Assembly: GCF_000143415.4 (NCBI RefSeq)
Contig: NW_003314310.1
Location: 1,234,611-1,298,610, forward strand
Direction of reading: 5' to 3'
Length of the DNA stretch: 64,000 nucleotides
Source of the DNA: Selaginella moellendorffii
Taxonomy: Eukaryota; Plantae; Lycopodiophyta
The notes below the pieces were generated by a model. It did not search any database. It was not told the origin of the DNA and saw only the letters and a program-made list of their open reading frames with translations. Below are positions 22,141-33,473 of this stretch, piece by piece. Numbering within the stretch: position 1 is the first letter of the stretch; each line of letters starts with the position of its first letter. The translations under genes and the position numbers were made by a program.

Positions 22141-24910
22141 TGTTAGGCACCAGGTCAGGATAATAGGATAAAGAAAGGGCCCTGCAATCAAGTGATCACC
22201 CCTTTAGCCAGTTGGCTTAGGGTGTAAGGGATAAGATCCTAACAATGGTATCGGAGCCTAGTTCGATTCTCGTGGCTGACGAGTGGGGCAGGAATATTCT
22301 AAAGGAATATTCAACATGGTGGATCTAGAGGGAGAACCAAGGTTTGGTAGACCCTAAGAGAAGGACCATGGTGACCGGATGGTGGCCTAAGTATGATCGC
22401 GGACGATCATTTCCTGACGAGGGGGAGGATTGTTAGGCACCAGGTCAGGATAATAGGATAAAGAAAGGGCCCTGCAATCAAGTGGCTATGGCTAGTTACT
22501 ATCGACGTTTCCAGCATAAGTTTGCAGAGGTGGCTATTCCGTTGACGCGGTTGTTACGCAAGAATGTGCCATTCGAGTGGAAGACACCACAAGAGGAGAG
22601 TTTTGTGGCTCTGAAACGATTGTTGATTGAGGCTCCAGTGCTTCGCATTGCTGATCCATCGAAACCTTACGAGGTGACATGCGATGCGAGTGGTTATGCA
22701 CTGGGAGGAGTTCTCATGCAAGAGGGACAGCCTATTGCATATGAGAGTCGAACTTTGAATTCCGCGGAGCAACGCTATTCCACATATGAGCAAGAGTTAC
22801 TCTCTATTGTTCATGCTTTGCGGACGTGGCGGCACTATCTTTATGGTGCAGTGTTCGTGGTGTTGACAGATCACAAACCCCTTGTGTATCTTTTCACACA
22901 GAAGGAGTTGAACACTAGGCAAGCTCGTTGGATGGTCAAACTCATGGAGTTTGGGGAGTTTCCTATTGAGCATCGTCCGGGAAAATCAAATGTGGTGGCG
23001 GATGCTTTATCTCGTGTTCGTCATGTGACGACGTTACGAACACGATTTTGTCATCATTTGAGTAAGGTGGTCAGCGAGTTTGGGCAATTGGTTGAGCATG
23101 CTCAGGCTCAGGATGCTGAGGTGGCCTCTTTGCGAGACCAGATGGAAGCTCCTTTCTCATTGGTGGATGGGATTCTCTACTACAATGGCCGTGTCTATTT
23201 GCCACGGGTGGATGCGTTAATTACTCAAGTTTTATTCCACTATCATGATCGTCCAGAGGCCGGTCATTTTGGGGGGAAGAAGACATATGAGTTGATTAAG
23301 CGCAACTTTTATTGGAGGAATATGAAGGCTGATATCCTCAAGTATTGTAAATCATGCGAGCTTTGTCAGCGGGTTAAGGTGCCACGGGAGAAGCCGGGGG
23401 GACTTTTGCAACCTTTACCTATTCCTCAGAGCCGTTGGTGTAGTATCTCTATGGACTTCATCACTTGTTTGCCACGAACACAGAGGCAAAAGGAGCAAGT
23501 ATGGGTCATAGTAGATCGGTTGACGAAGTATGTGCGGTTGTTGGCTCTTCGGAAGACTGTCACTGCCTCAGACTTGGCTGCGGTTTACTTGGAGAAGGTT
23601 TTTCCTGATTTTGGTTTGCCGGAGGACATCATTAGTGATCGAGATTCAAAGTTCACCAGTGGATTTTGGAAAAGCTTTGCAAAGGCTATGCAAGTGACTT
23701 TGAAACTCTCGAGTGGAGATCATCCTCAGACGGATGGGCAAACTGAACGTGTGAATCAGGTGGTGGAGGATATGCTACGTTGTAGCATTGGTCAAAGGCA
23801 AGGACAGTGGGATCTATATCTTCCGTTGGTGCAATTTGCTTACAACAATAGCCAACACAGTGGAACCAAGCTAAGTCCTTATTTTGCGATGTTTGGAAGG
23901 CATCCTCGAACAGCGGTGGAGTTGGGATTGCATTTGAGTAAGGACGTTCAAGAAAAGCTTGATTCCGAGGCAACTGATCTGGCCACAGAACTTGATGAGA
24001 TTCTGGTGGTATGCAAACGGAATTTGCAAGCAGCTCAGGATAGAGCGGAGAAGTTTGCTAATGAGCATCGCCAATTCCGGGAATATAAGGTGGGTGATCT
24101 CGTCTTCGTGCGAGTGATCTTTCCGTCAAGTGAGCGGCGGAACACCTTGGTGCCTTTACGGATAGGGAAGAGTGATAAACTCTCCCATCGATATGCTGGT
24201 CCATATGAAGTGCTGGAGCGCATTGGTAAAGCGGCTTATCGGGTGCGGCTGCCAGCTGGGGTGAAAATTCATCCGGTATTTTATATCAGCCAGTTGAAAG
24301 GTGTATTATCTCGGAGTGACGGGCCCAATGCCTCCTTGATGTATACGGCTGTGGAAGATGGACCAGGAGCTTGAGCAGGATTCCCCAGAAAGGGTGATCA
24401 CCGGTACAACTCGTCCTTGGGACAAGGACTTTGTTGGGGGGGAAGGATTGTTAGGCACCAGGTCAGGATAATAGGATAAAGAAAGGGCCCTGCAATCAAG
24501 TGATCACCCCTTTAGCCAGTTGGCTTAGGGTGTAAGGGATAAGATCCTAACAATGGTATCGGAGCCTAGTTCGATTCTCGTGGCTGACGAGTGGGGCAGG
24601 AATATTCTAAAGGAATATTCAACATGGTGGATCTAGAGGGAGAACCAAGGTTTGGTAGACCCTAAGAGAAGGACCATGGTGACCGGATGGTGGCCTAAGT
24701 ATGATCGCGGACGATCATTTCCTGACGAGGGGGAGGATTGTTAGGGGACCCAAGTCGGGGAAAAACGGGAGGTTCACGTAAAGCGGTCGTGCAAAAACGT
24801 GAATACCCTCACCGGATACCGCCGTGAGCCGCTTTGGCTTTAGGGGGTGCTCCACTTGAATTGCCGGGCCTCTTTTGTTTTTCATTATTATCCTGACCTG
24901 GTGCCTAACA
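22141..24910 (+). mobile_element. Composite TRIM-like retroelement with a captured RNaseH-integrase ORF and an inverted terminal LTR
   Basis: TSD AGGGA (22136-40 / 24911-15). 104-bp LTRs at 22141-22244 and 24449-24552, each followed by PBS TGGTATCGGAGC, a ~185-bp internal part and a PPT. Partial LTR at 22431-22484; inverted related LTR at 24739-24910. Confidence 0.9.
22482..24374 (+). CDS. Ty3/gypsy RNase H + integrase (5'-truncated pol, open frame)
   Basis: VTCDASGYALGGVL, HFGGKKT..CELC, ISMDFIT, IISDRD, HPQTDGQTERVNQ, GPY motif. Confidence 0.9.
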   Translation: MAMASYYRRFQHKFAEVAIPLTRLLRKNVPFEWKTPQEESFVALKRLLIEAPVLRIADPSKPYEVTCDASGYALGGVLMQEGQPIAYESRTLNSAEQRYSTYEQELLSIVHALRTWRHYLYGAVFVVLTDHKPLVYLFTQKELNTRQARWMVKLMEFGEFPIEHRPGKSNVVADALSRVRHVTTLRTRFCHHLSKVVSEFGQLVEHAQAQDAEVASLRDQMEAPFSLVDGILYYNGRVYLPRVDALITQVLFHYHDRPEAGHFGGKKTYELIKRNFYWRNMKADILKYCKSCELCQRVKVPREKPGGLLQPLPIPQSRWCSISMDFITCLPRTQRQKEQVWVIVDRLTKYVRLLALRKTVTASDLAAVYLEKVFPDFGLPEDIISDRDSKFTSGFWKSFAKAMQVTLKLSSGDHPQTDGQTERVNQVVEDMLRCSIGQRQGQWDLYLPLVQFAYNNSQHSGTKLSPYFAMFGRHPRTAVELGLHLSKDVQEKLDSEATDLATELDEILVVCKRNLQAAQDRAEKFANEHRQFREYKVGDLVFVRVIFPSSERRNTLVPLRIGKSDKLSHRYAGPYEVLERIGKAAYRVRLPAGVKIHPVFYISQLKGVLSRSDGPNASLMYTAVEDGPGA

Positions 24911-26252
24911 AGGGATCCCAGCATGAGCATATCGGTGGATAATGTTGTGCATGGTTGGATGCGGAAGCAGAGTGCCACCATCACTTTGCCAGACCATGCA
25001 AGAGATGCAGCAAGAGCATTCATAACCCGGGTTCAAGGTGAGATTCATTAATATTCCTTTACTAAGTTTCTAATGTATTTTATTTCAAGGTGAACAATCC
25101 AAATCTGAATCAGAGGAGGCGTGATGGCATGTGGCCTGAGATGATGTGACATATGCATTTACCAATCACATGTGCATAAATCTAATAATATGGCGTGTGG
25201 CCCATATTAATGGCACATAAACCCATATTGTGGGCTTACGTGCTTTATGTACCATCATTCCCTTGCAGCGTGTGTGTTGGTTTCCTTTTATAACACAACG
25301 AACTCCATATTTTAGGGTGAAGAGCGTTCTTATGGCAAGCACAAAATCTGTAAGTGAGGCAGAAAAGGAGACGGAGAAGGAGATAAGTGAAGATGTAGAA
25401 TATATAAGTCTTCCAAACTCCCCGTACTATACTCCAGGTGATCATTTTTCTGAACAAACGGCAACATTAACAACTATCGAGAACGCCCCAGTAACGTCAG
25501 AGACAACAATCCAAAGCAAAACAACTGACCCGGAGAAGGATGATAGTACCGCTGAGAGTACCAAAAAGGAGGTGTCCACTAGCGCTTAGGCTTATAATGG
25601 CGTGTGCCCTCATGCCATTTACTTGATCACCAAATACCTTTTTCCCTTTGCACTAGTATATCTTAATACCGGTCTGAGAAATAGAATGGCATGTGCCCTC
25701 AGGCCTTTTACTAAATCACCTTTGAAAGAAATGCAAGCCTCTATGTCGTAAAAAAAAGGTACTAGAGAAATTCCTTAATAATATGAATGTTATTTAGTTT
25801 CATGAAAATACACTAAGGGTCAAATGAGTTAAATGACTTCTCCAGACTAGCAATGCCTCTTGCTACACCTTCACAATTAGATTCGTTAGAAAAAGATAAC
25901 ATTGAATAATATCTAAATGTTCTCACCATTAAGTGATATGTCTGGCTAATAGGAATGACGTTCATCTTGGAAAGCTCACCACACGCTCAATGAACAAACA
26001 AATAGTGTGTGCGCGCATGCCATCGCTCTTCTTTAGCTTCAGATTCGGCTTGTTCACCTTGACAATGAGATTTATTATACAACCAGATGGACATAGTCTG
26101 GACATAAAGTCACCGCGCTAGTCACCATGCCCCAGATATGTCTAGCCCCTGGACAAAAAACATATAATTTCACGTCATTTTCAAATACTTGAAAATTTGT
26201 ACCTAGTCCCATTTTACTGAATAAATCCCACTTTAACGAAATAGAGCATATA

Positions 26253-29200
26253 TTGTCTTTGTTTTAGCCATAAGATCACCTAGTGATCTAACCTTGGCAC
26301 CTTAACAAGTTTGCCAATAGGTACTAAGTCCTTTAGACCTTTAAGTTGTTCACCATGACCCCAGGGGCATCCCTTACACTTGGCGGTGCACTGAAGCCAG
26401 CCCTTCTGGCTAAGAGTCCATAGCAACTGAGACTGGGTGTCCCCATCTCATTCACCACGTCCTTGGTTGCCGCTCGCACCAAAGTCTTCAAGTTAGATAT
26501 GCTGAGCCACACTAAGCAATCTAACCGTGTATCATGACTCTGAGGCATCCCTCGCTTGGCAGTGTGCCCAAACCAGCCTCCTCACTAAGAGTCCATGACC
26601 ATCGAAAAATGAGTGTCCTCATATTCTAAACCATCACCACACCCTAGTGATTTGGGACTCGAACCAAGGCACTAGAGGGTCGGGACTCGAACCCAACCTC
26701 CATATATACATCTACAGATGGCATCGCACAGGATGCTTGGCGTGACTCCCGACGCCAGTGCACCAACATGTACTTAACGCGCACTATAGATCACAACTTA
26801 GGAACTTAGTTCCTCCGCACTGCCAAGTCTTCTCGCTTGACAAGTCTGTGATCATGCATGGACTCCTCCATGCTTGGCCCCATGGGCCACCCCTTTTGAA
26901 GTTAGCACCTTCAACTAGGGGATCTGTTCCCCTGACTCACCAATCTTGCTTAGCAAGTCATCCAGCCACCGTAACATGGTTCATACATAAGTGTGAAAGT
27001 CCTTAACCATCGACTTTTGTTCAAAACCCTCTCTTTGAACATTCAAGAACTACTTCCCCAACCTTGATAGCCTTGCCTTATAGCCAGTTTCAAGATCACA
27101 CTTTTGCTGCGCCACTCTAATTTCGCGCACTTTAGGAATCATTTACACTTGGCTTTCTAGATACTTATCTACCTAGAATTGTCTTCGGGAACTTTCAAGG
27201 AACTCTGTTCCTTAGCTGGCTAAGGCTTCTCCTTTGCAAGCTCCCTACTCACCATATGGTTCAACATGGATAATTCCACATTTTAGACTCTTCATGGCAT
27301 CGTGGTTGCTAGTAGCAACATCCTTGACCCCCTGCTTGATTCTCCACTCCCAACTTGCATAACCACCATTGGTTATGCCCTTTGATTTCTATGGTTCAGT
27401 TCCATCCCAATACTTCTTGCATTTTGGCCTCATATGTTTTCTTTGGTTATTCTCCTCTAGACTAAGAGGATAGCTTTGCACCTTTTACCATGCCTTAGCA
27501 AGTATTCATAGGGATGAACTTACCCAATAGCTTAGGGAGTAGTTCCTCAATCTGAACATGCTCACCTTATAATCCCACACACCGAGATTACTGTTGCTAC
27601 TTATGCCAGTTTGCTAAGTCAAACGCTCATTTGGATTACATCCTCATCTCTCTGAGGAAACCCTTATACTGTTCCCAAGATCCCAAAGTCGTTTCATTAT
27701 TGGCCCTTTTCTATCCACCACCTCGCCTACAAGTTCACACATGAACTATAGTGGAGAGTCATGTCTTCCCGACCTGCTATTCCTCAAGGATAGGCCCACT
27801 CCTAGGACCTTCTGATGCCAACACCAGTGGTGATATACTTGAGCACCAATAAAAGGTGGACTAAAGAATAGCTCTAATACCAAGTTGTAAGCAATTAAAT
27901 TTTCCATTTTACTTTAATCATTTAACCATACCTCCGACCACTTGGAGGAGTCTCATTCACAACCTCCATAAGTCCAATTCAAGACTTGGGCTTGCTCGCC
28001 CCAAAAATGACATCTATGCCACTCAACCTTTGTACTTGGTCCAAGTGCTCCACGTGTCCAATCCCATGATCGATACCCCAAGGTACCACCAACATACCAG
28101 CCCGTTATGCTAGGCCATGCCCATTCACCTTAGCCACATCGGTGGTCCAACACCACCTGCATTGCAATCCCGTCTTTCCAAGACTGACCATCTGACTATG
28201 AGTGGTCATCCCAAATCCACTCCTTAGCATCCTTAGGATGCCCACAGACATGGGGAATAGCCTTTCCCAATATCTCCTTTCCAGTCCCCACCAAGTCCCT
28301 TTTTGTCCTTGGCTATGTTCGCCAACACTGCCACTGGATCAAAGCCCACGGGCCCGACCACTAAGTCCCACTGTCCTCTAGGACTTCCTCACTGTGTGAC
28401 TGTGTCTTTGGTCACCACACCAAAGGGCTACTCCTCTTCCTTTCCACAGTTTGGGACTTTGGGACAACATTTCGGAACACCGTGGCCCTACGCAAGCCTC
28501 ATAGGTACTCTTCCCGCCTTCTGCCTTTAGGTGCTCTAGCCATGGGCTTAGAGCGAGGTTCCGTTAAGCCACACCAAGTATCCAAGTAGGTAGTATGCCA
28601 ATTGGACTGGGAGCATCGGCCAGTTGATCTCCCGGGGGAACTAGAGTCGGCTCTTGAACACTTCACTAAGCTACCCCGCTTGTTGGTCCATGTTCACTCT
28701 AGTCTTGGACTTCCTAGTGGTCAGCTCATTACCCAACACCTGGGTACAGTCTTCCTGGGCCAAACTGGCCTTTCTTGGCCAAACTGGCTCCATTGCAGTC
28801 CTCCCCCTTACTATACTTTTGGAGCTCACCAAACCCCCAAGGGTTTGGGAGATGAACGCTTTGGGCTTTCACCCTCTCAGACTCGAACTCGGACTCGGAC
28901 TCGGACTCGGACTCGGACTCGAACTCGAACTCGGACTCGGCCTCGGTCTCAGCCTCGACCTCGGTCCCGGTCCCGGTCTCGGTCTCGGTCCCGATCTCAG
29001 TCTCGGTCTCGGTCTCGGTCTCGATCCCAATCTTGGTCTCAGTCCCGGTCTCGGTCTCGACCTCGGACTCCATCTCGAGTCCTTCTCAGACTCCATCTCG
29101 GATTCCATCTCGGGTCCATCTCAGACTCCAACTCGGACTCCATCTTGGACTCTATCTTGGGTCCATCTCGGACTCCATCTCAGGTCCATCTCGGACTCCA

Positions 29201-29626
29201 TCTCAAACTCCATCTCAGACTCCATCTCGGATCCATCTCGGACTTCATCTCAGACTCCATCTCGGACTCTGTCTCAGTCCATCTTGGACTCTATCTCAGA
29301 CTCCATCTTAGGTCCATCTCGGACTCCATCTCGGACTCCATCTCGGGTCCATCTCGGACTCCATCTCGGGTCTATCTTGGACTCCATCTTGGACTCCATT
29401 TTAGACTTCGTATCGGTCCTTTTTAGGTCCCTTTTTAGAGCCTCGCTTATTGCTCGTTTCGTGCTCATTCCTCGAGCACTTTGTTGGGAGTTCCACTCTC
29501 ACTCTCAACCTTTCGAGTCGGAGCTTTTAGTCCAAACATGTTACGCTCGTTTAGCTTTCGCTTCGGCCACTACCACGTGGTGCCCTTCCGGCTCCACTTT
29601 GGGGCCTAGGGATTTTGTGTCTCACA
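26253..29626 (-). mobile_element. Non-autonomous LTR element (family B): 5' LTR at 27886-29626 plus a non-coding internal region; hosts the DNA transposon
   Basis: PBS rc TGGTATTAGAGC at 27871-27882. The LTR is homologous (inverted) to 31755-33473 and has a TCCATCTCGGAC tandem array at ~28880-29400. Confidence 0.85.
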
Positions 29627-31754
29627 AATTTATGGTCACTTTGCATAGACAAGGTAAGAACTTGGTGGGATTGGCAAATGCTTGAGGAGAACAATCTAGG
29701 GTAAAAGCCCAAAATTTAAAGGTAAGACAATGTAAAGCCAAAGAATCTTGTTCTTGAATTTAGTGTTCATGAGAGGATAATGCATTAAAGGAACCAAGGT
29801 ATCATTTTTATGCTTACTCTCAGTGTGGAGTGATAAAAAGACAGGAACAAAGGAAGTACGTTTCGTGATCTAGTAGGTGTTAGACCACTTTTGAGATACC
29901 ATGTCAAAGGAATTACCAACTAGTTTACCCTTTACCCAACTGATAAAATATAAGATTAATCTGGTCGAGGATGCTAAGGCAATGGTTCATCCCCCCTATC
30001 AGTTAAACGAAAGGAAACTTGAAAAGCTCAAGCGCCAACTTGAAAAGTTGATTGATAAAAGGTATATTGAGCAAGTTGCCATATGGGTGCCAATGTTATT
30101 TGTGAAAAAGAAAGATGGTTATATGCACATGTGCATAGATTACCAGCTGCTCAACAAGTATACAAAAAAAAACAAGTACCCTTTACTAAAAATTGAGGAT
30201 CTATTCAATAGATTGGCAAAGATAAAAATACTTCTCAAGAATTGATTTGAGTTCAGGATAATACCAAATTAAATACTAGAGTAAGTTGTTGAGAAGACAA
30301 TATATCAGATAAGGTATGAAAATTTTAAGTTTCTGGTGATGCCCTTTAAGTTGTGCAATGTGTTAGCAACATTCTCAATACTGATAAACCATATTCTTAT
30401 ACTTTATTTAGATCATTTTGTGGTTGTTTACATTGATGACATTTTGATATATAGCAAAATGCTAAAGGAGCATGCCGAACACTTGACAAATGTGTTTGAG
30501 AAACTAAGGGAATACAAGGTGTATGCTAAATAGAATAAATGTGACTTTGCTTAACAAAAGATAAATTTTCTCGAGCATGTGGTGGGCAAAGACAAGCTTA
30601 AAATAGACCCTAAGAAGGTCCAAGTGATTTAGAAATGGAAACGACTATCAAATGTACATGAGTTAAAGGCATTCTTGGGGCTATACAACTATTATCTAAA
30701 GTTTATCAAACACTATTTGTGAATAGCCTTGTCTTTAAGGAAACATTACCAGACTTTGATAATGACTTCAAGGTAGAAATAGATGCTTTTAGACTTTGTA
30801 TTGGGTGCAATTTTAAAGCAAGACAACCACTCAGTGGCATTCTTCTCGAAGAATTTAAACAAGGATTAGTGAAGATGGCTTGGCTATGAAAAGGACCTGT
30901 TTGACACTCAAAGAGTGGTGACATTACCTTGGGAGGCACTTCAAGATATGCATGGATAATGTGGCAATAAAACACTAATTATCATAGCCCGACCTCTGAA
31001 GAAAATAGAGTCAATGGGCTAATGTTTTAGCCAAGTTTGATTGTGAGATTTTGTATAAACTTAAGAAAAATAATTTCAAGGTAAATGCTTTAAGTCTAAA
31101 AGCAAGCTTAAAGTTGGTGGTATTCAACACAACAACAACCTTCTAAAATGATATATGGACAATGTATAAGGATGATAGTCTAGTATAGGAAGTGTTGCTA
31201 AAGAACAAAAAAACATGAAATGCTCACTAAAGAAACAAGCCACCTAGGGAAGAGAAAATTAGCTATGTGGAATGCAATAGACTCGTTTATTATAAACAAA
31301 TGCAAATGTATGTTCCAAAAGGGGAACTAAGGAAAGTAACATTAAAAAAGTGTTATAATGCACCTTTTGTAGGACAAGGTAGAGTGCCCAAGATGATTTT
31401 CTTACTCAAAAAAAGTATCACTAGTTAGACATAGCTAAGGACATTCAAGACTATATATAAACATGTCAAACATGTTAGCAGGTAAAGGCCATGACTAAGT
31501 CTAATAGGGGCTTGTTGCAAAACCTCATAATTTCTAATTATCCATAGAAATGTTTTACAATGGAATTCATTATAGGACTCCCCCCAAGTGAGGGGTTTGA
31601 TGCGATATTTATAGTGGTGGATCAGTTTTCTAAAATAGCACATTTCAAACCCACCACAATAAAAGTGAATGCGAAAGGTGTTGTGAAGTTATTCTTCAAA
31701 TAAATGGTTTGAGTGCAGGGAAGGCTAGAAGAAATTATTTTAGATCAAGATAAA

Positions 31755-33473
31755 TATGAGACACAAAATCCCTAGGCCCCAAAGTGGAGCCGGAAGGGCG
31801 CCACATGGTAGTGGCCGAAGCGAAAGCCAAACGAGCGTAACACATTTGGACTAAAAGCTCCGACTTGAAAGGTCGAGAGCGGGAGTGGAACTCCCAACAA
31901 AGTGCTCAAGGAGCGAGCACAAAGCGAGCAATAAGCAAGGCTCCAAAAAGGGACCCAAAAAGGACCAACACATGACACGTGGAAGTGTCCGAGATGGACC
32001 CGAAGCGGAGTCTGATATGGAGTCTGAGATGGAGTCCAAGATGGATCTGAAGTGGAGTCCGAGATAGAGTCCGAGATGGAGTCCGATATGGAGTCCGATA
32101 TGGAGTCCGAGATGGAGTCCAAGATGGACCCGAGATGGAGTCCGAGATGGACCGAGATGGAGTCCGAGATGGAGTCCAAGATGGACCCGAGATGGAGTCC
32201 GAGATGGACCCGAGATGGAGTCCGAGATGGACCCGAGATGGAGTCCGAGATGGACCCGAGGTGGAGTCTGAGATGGGGTCCGAGATGGAGTCCGAGATGG
32301 ACCCGAGGTGGAGTCCGAGATGGAGTCCGAGATGGAACCGAGACCGAGACCGAGATGGAACCGAGTCCGAGTCCGAATCCGGGACCGAGACCGAGTCCGA
32401 GTCCGAGTCTGAGTCTGAGTCCGAGTCCGAGTCTAAGTCCGAGTCCGAATACTAATACAAGCAGTTGGGTGAAAGCCCAAAGCGATCTTCCCCCAGGGGG
32501 GGGGGGGGCTGCAGGGGGTTCCAAAAGTATAGTAGGGAGAGTGTGGGGGTTGGAGCCCAGTGGAGCCAGTTTGGCCAGGAAAGGCCAATTTGGCCCAAGA
32601 AGGCCAGACCCAGTGTTGGGTGATGAGTTGACCACTGGGAAGTCCAAGACTAGAGTGAACACGGACCGACAAGCGGGGTAGCTTGGTGAAGTGGTCAAGA
32701 GCCGGCTCTAGTTCCCCTGGGAGATCGACTGGCCGATGCTCCCAGTCCAAGTGTGGGTGGCACTACCTACTTGGATACCAAGCATGGCTCAACGGAACCT
32801 CACTCTAAGCCCATGGCTAGAGCACCCAAGGGCGGAAGGCGGGGAGAGTACCCAGGTGGCTCGCGTAAGGCCACGGTGTTCCAAAATGTTGTCCCAAAGG
32901 CCCAGACTGTGGAAAGGAAGAGGAACAGTCCTCTGGGGTAGTGACCAAGGACACAGTCGTGTGGTGAGGAAGTCCCAGAGGACCGTGGGACTTAGTGGTC
33001 GGGCCTGTGGGCCTCGATCCAGTGGCAGTGTTGGCAAACACGGCCAGGGGCAGAAAGGGACTTGGTGGGGACTGACAGAGGGATATTGGGGAAGGCTATT
33101 CCCCTTGTTGGTGGGCATCCTAAGGATGCTAAGGAGTGGATCTGAGATGACCACTCACGGATGGTTTGCCTAGTCTTGAAGAGCCAAGACTGTGATGCAA
33201 GTGGTATTGGACTACCAGTGTGGCAAAGGTGATTGGGCATGGCCTTAGCGTAACAAACTGCCATGTCGGTGATACCTTTGAGTGTCAATCATGGGATCGG
33301 ACACGTGGAGCACTTGGACCAAGTGCAAATGTTGAGTGGCATGGATGCCATTCTCGGGGCTAGCAAATCCCAAGTCCTAAATTGGACTTATGGAGGTTGT
33401 GAATGAGACTCCTCCAAGTGGTCGAAAGTGTGGTTAAGTGACTGAAGTAGAATGAAAAATTTAGTCGCTTACA
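31755..33473 (+). mobile_element. Solo LTR of family B
   Basis: TSD ATAAA (31750-54 / 33474-78); homologous to the reverse complement of 27886-29626; inserted in the old integrase. Confidence 0.92.

Larger units (their letters stand above)
19208..25124 (+). pseudogene. Sola-like DDD-type transposase with two N-terminal Tnp1/En-Spm-like domains; interrupted by stops and a retroelement
   Basis: Cys motifs CCKRRCC and KCDEC; core motifs IHDKMDQKKT, KTDNAGSENKN and FLMVGHTHEDVDAMFS. The frame continues through stops (~19309, 21686 and others) and across the 22141-24910 insertion (WVLNPR|DPSMSISVD). Last intron 25038-25089, TGA ending at 25124. Confidence 0.78.
11835..26023. repeat. Dispersed 22-bp palindrome family, consensus ATGGCRTGNGGCCNCAYGCCAT (~20 copies)
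   Basis: Copies start at 11835, 12911, 12986, 14216, 14407, 14548, 16020, 17306, 17385, 18249, 18321, 18936, 19034, 19104, 20950, 21007, 25124, 25190, 25597, 25686 and 26002; a half-site lies at ~4018-4028. Confidence 0.9.
3916..26247. mobile_element. Large TIR DNA transposon (Sola-like transposase plus cargo gene), ~12 kb native length with two nested retroelements
   Basis: Perfect 22-bp TIRs: GCTCTATTTCGTTAAAGTGGGA (3916-3937) and TCCCACTTTAACGAAATAGAGC (26226-26247). AT-rich imperfect target duplication (..GATATAA | ATATATT..), subterminal TCCCAYTT repeats, internal transposase-like gene. Confidence 0.85.

Noticed and set aside
25230-25589. Third cargo ORF inside the DNA transposon
   Set aside because: Short, low-complexity and without a recognisable domain; unsupported without expression data.
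11835-26023. Palindromes as a CRISPR-like array or MITEs
   Set aside because: Spacing is irregular, there are no uniform spacers, no cas genes and no individual TSDs.
26560-26600. HDV-like or hammerhead ribozyme (CCAGCCTCCTC resemblance)
   Set aside because: It is antisense to the element, and I could not build the nested pseudoknot or find a CTGATGA..GAAA core.
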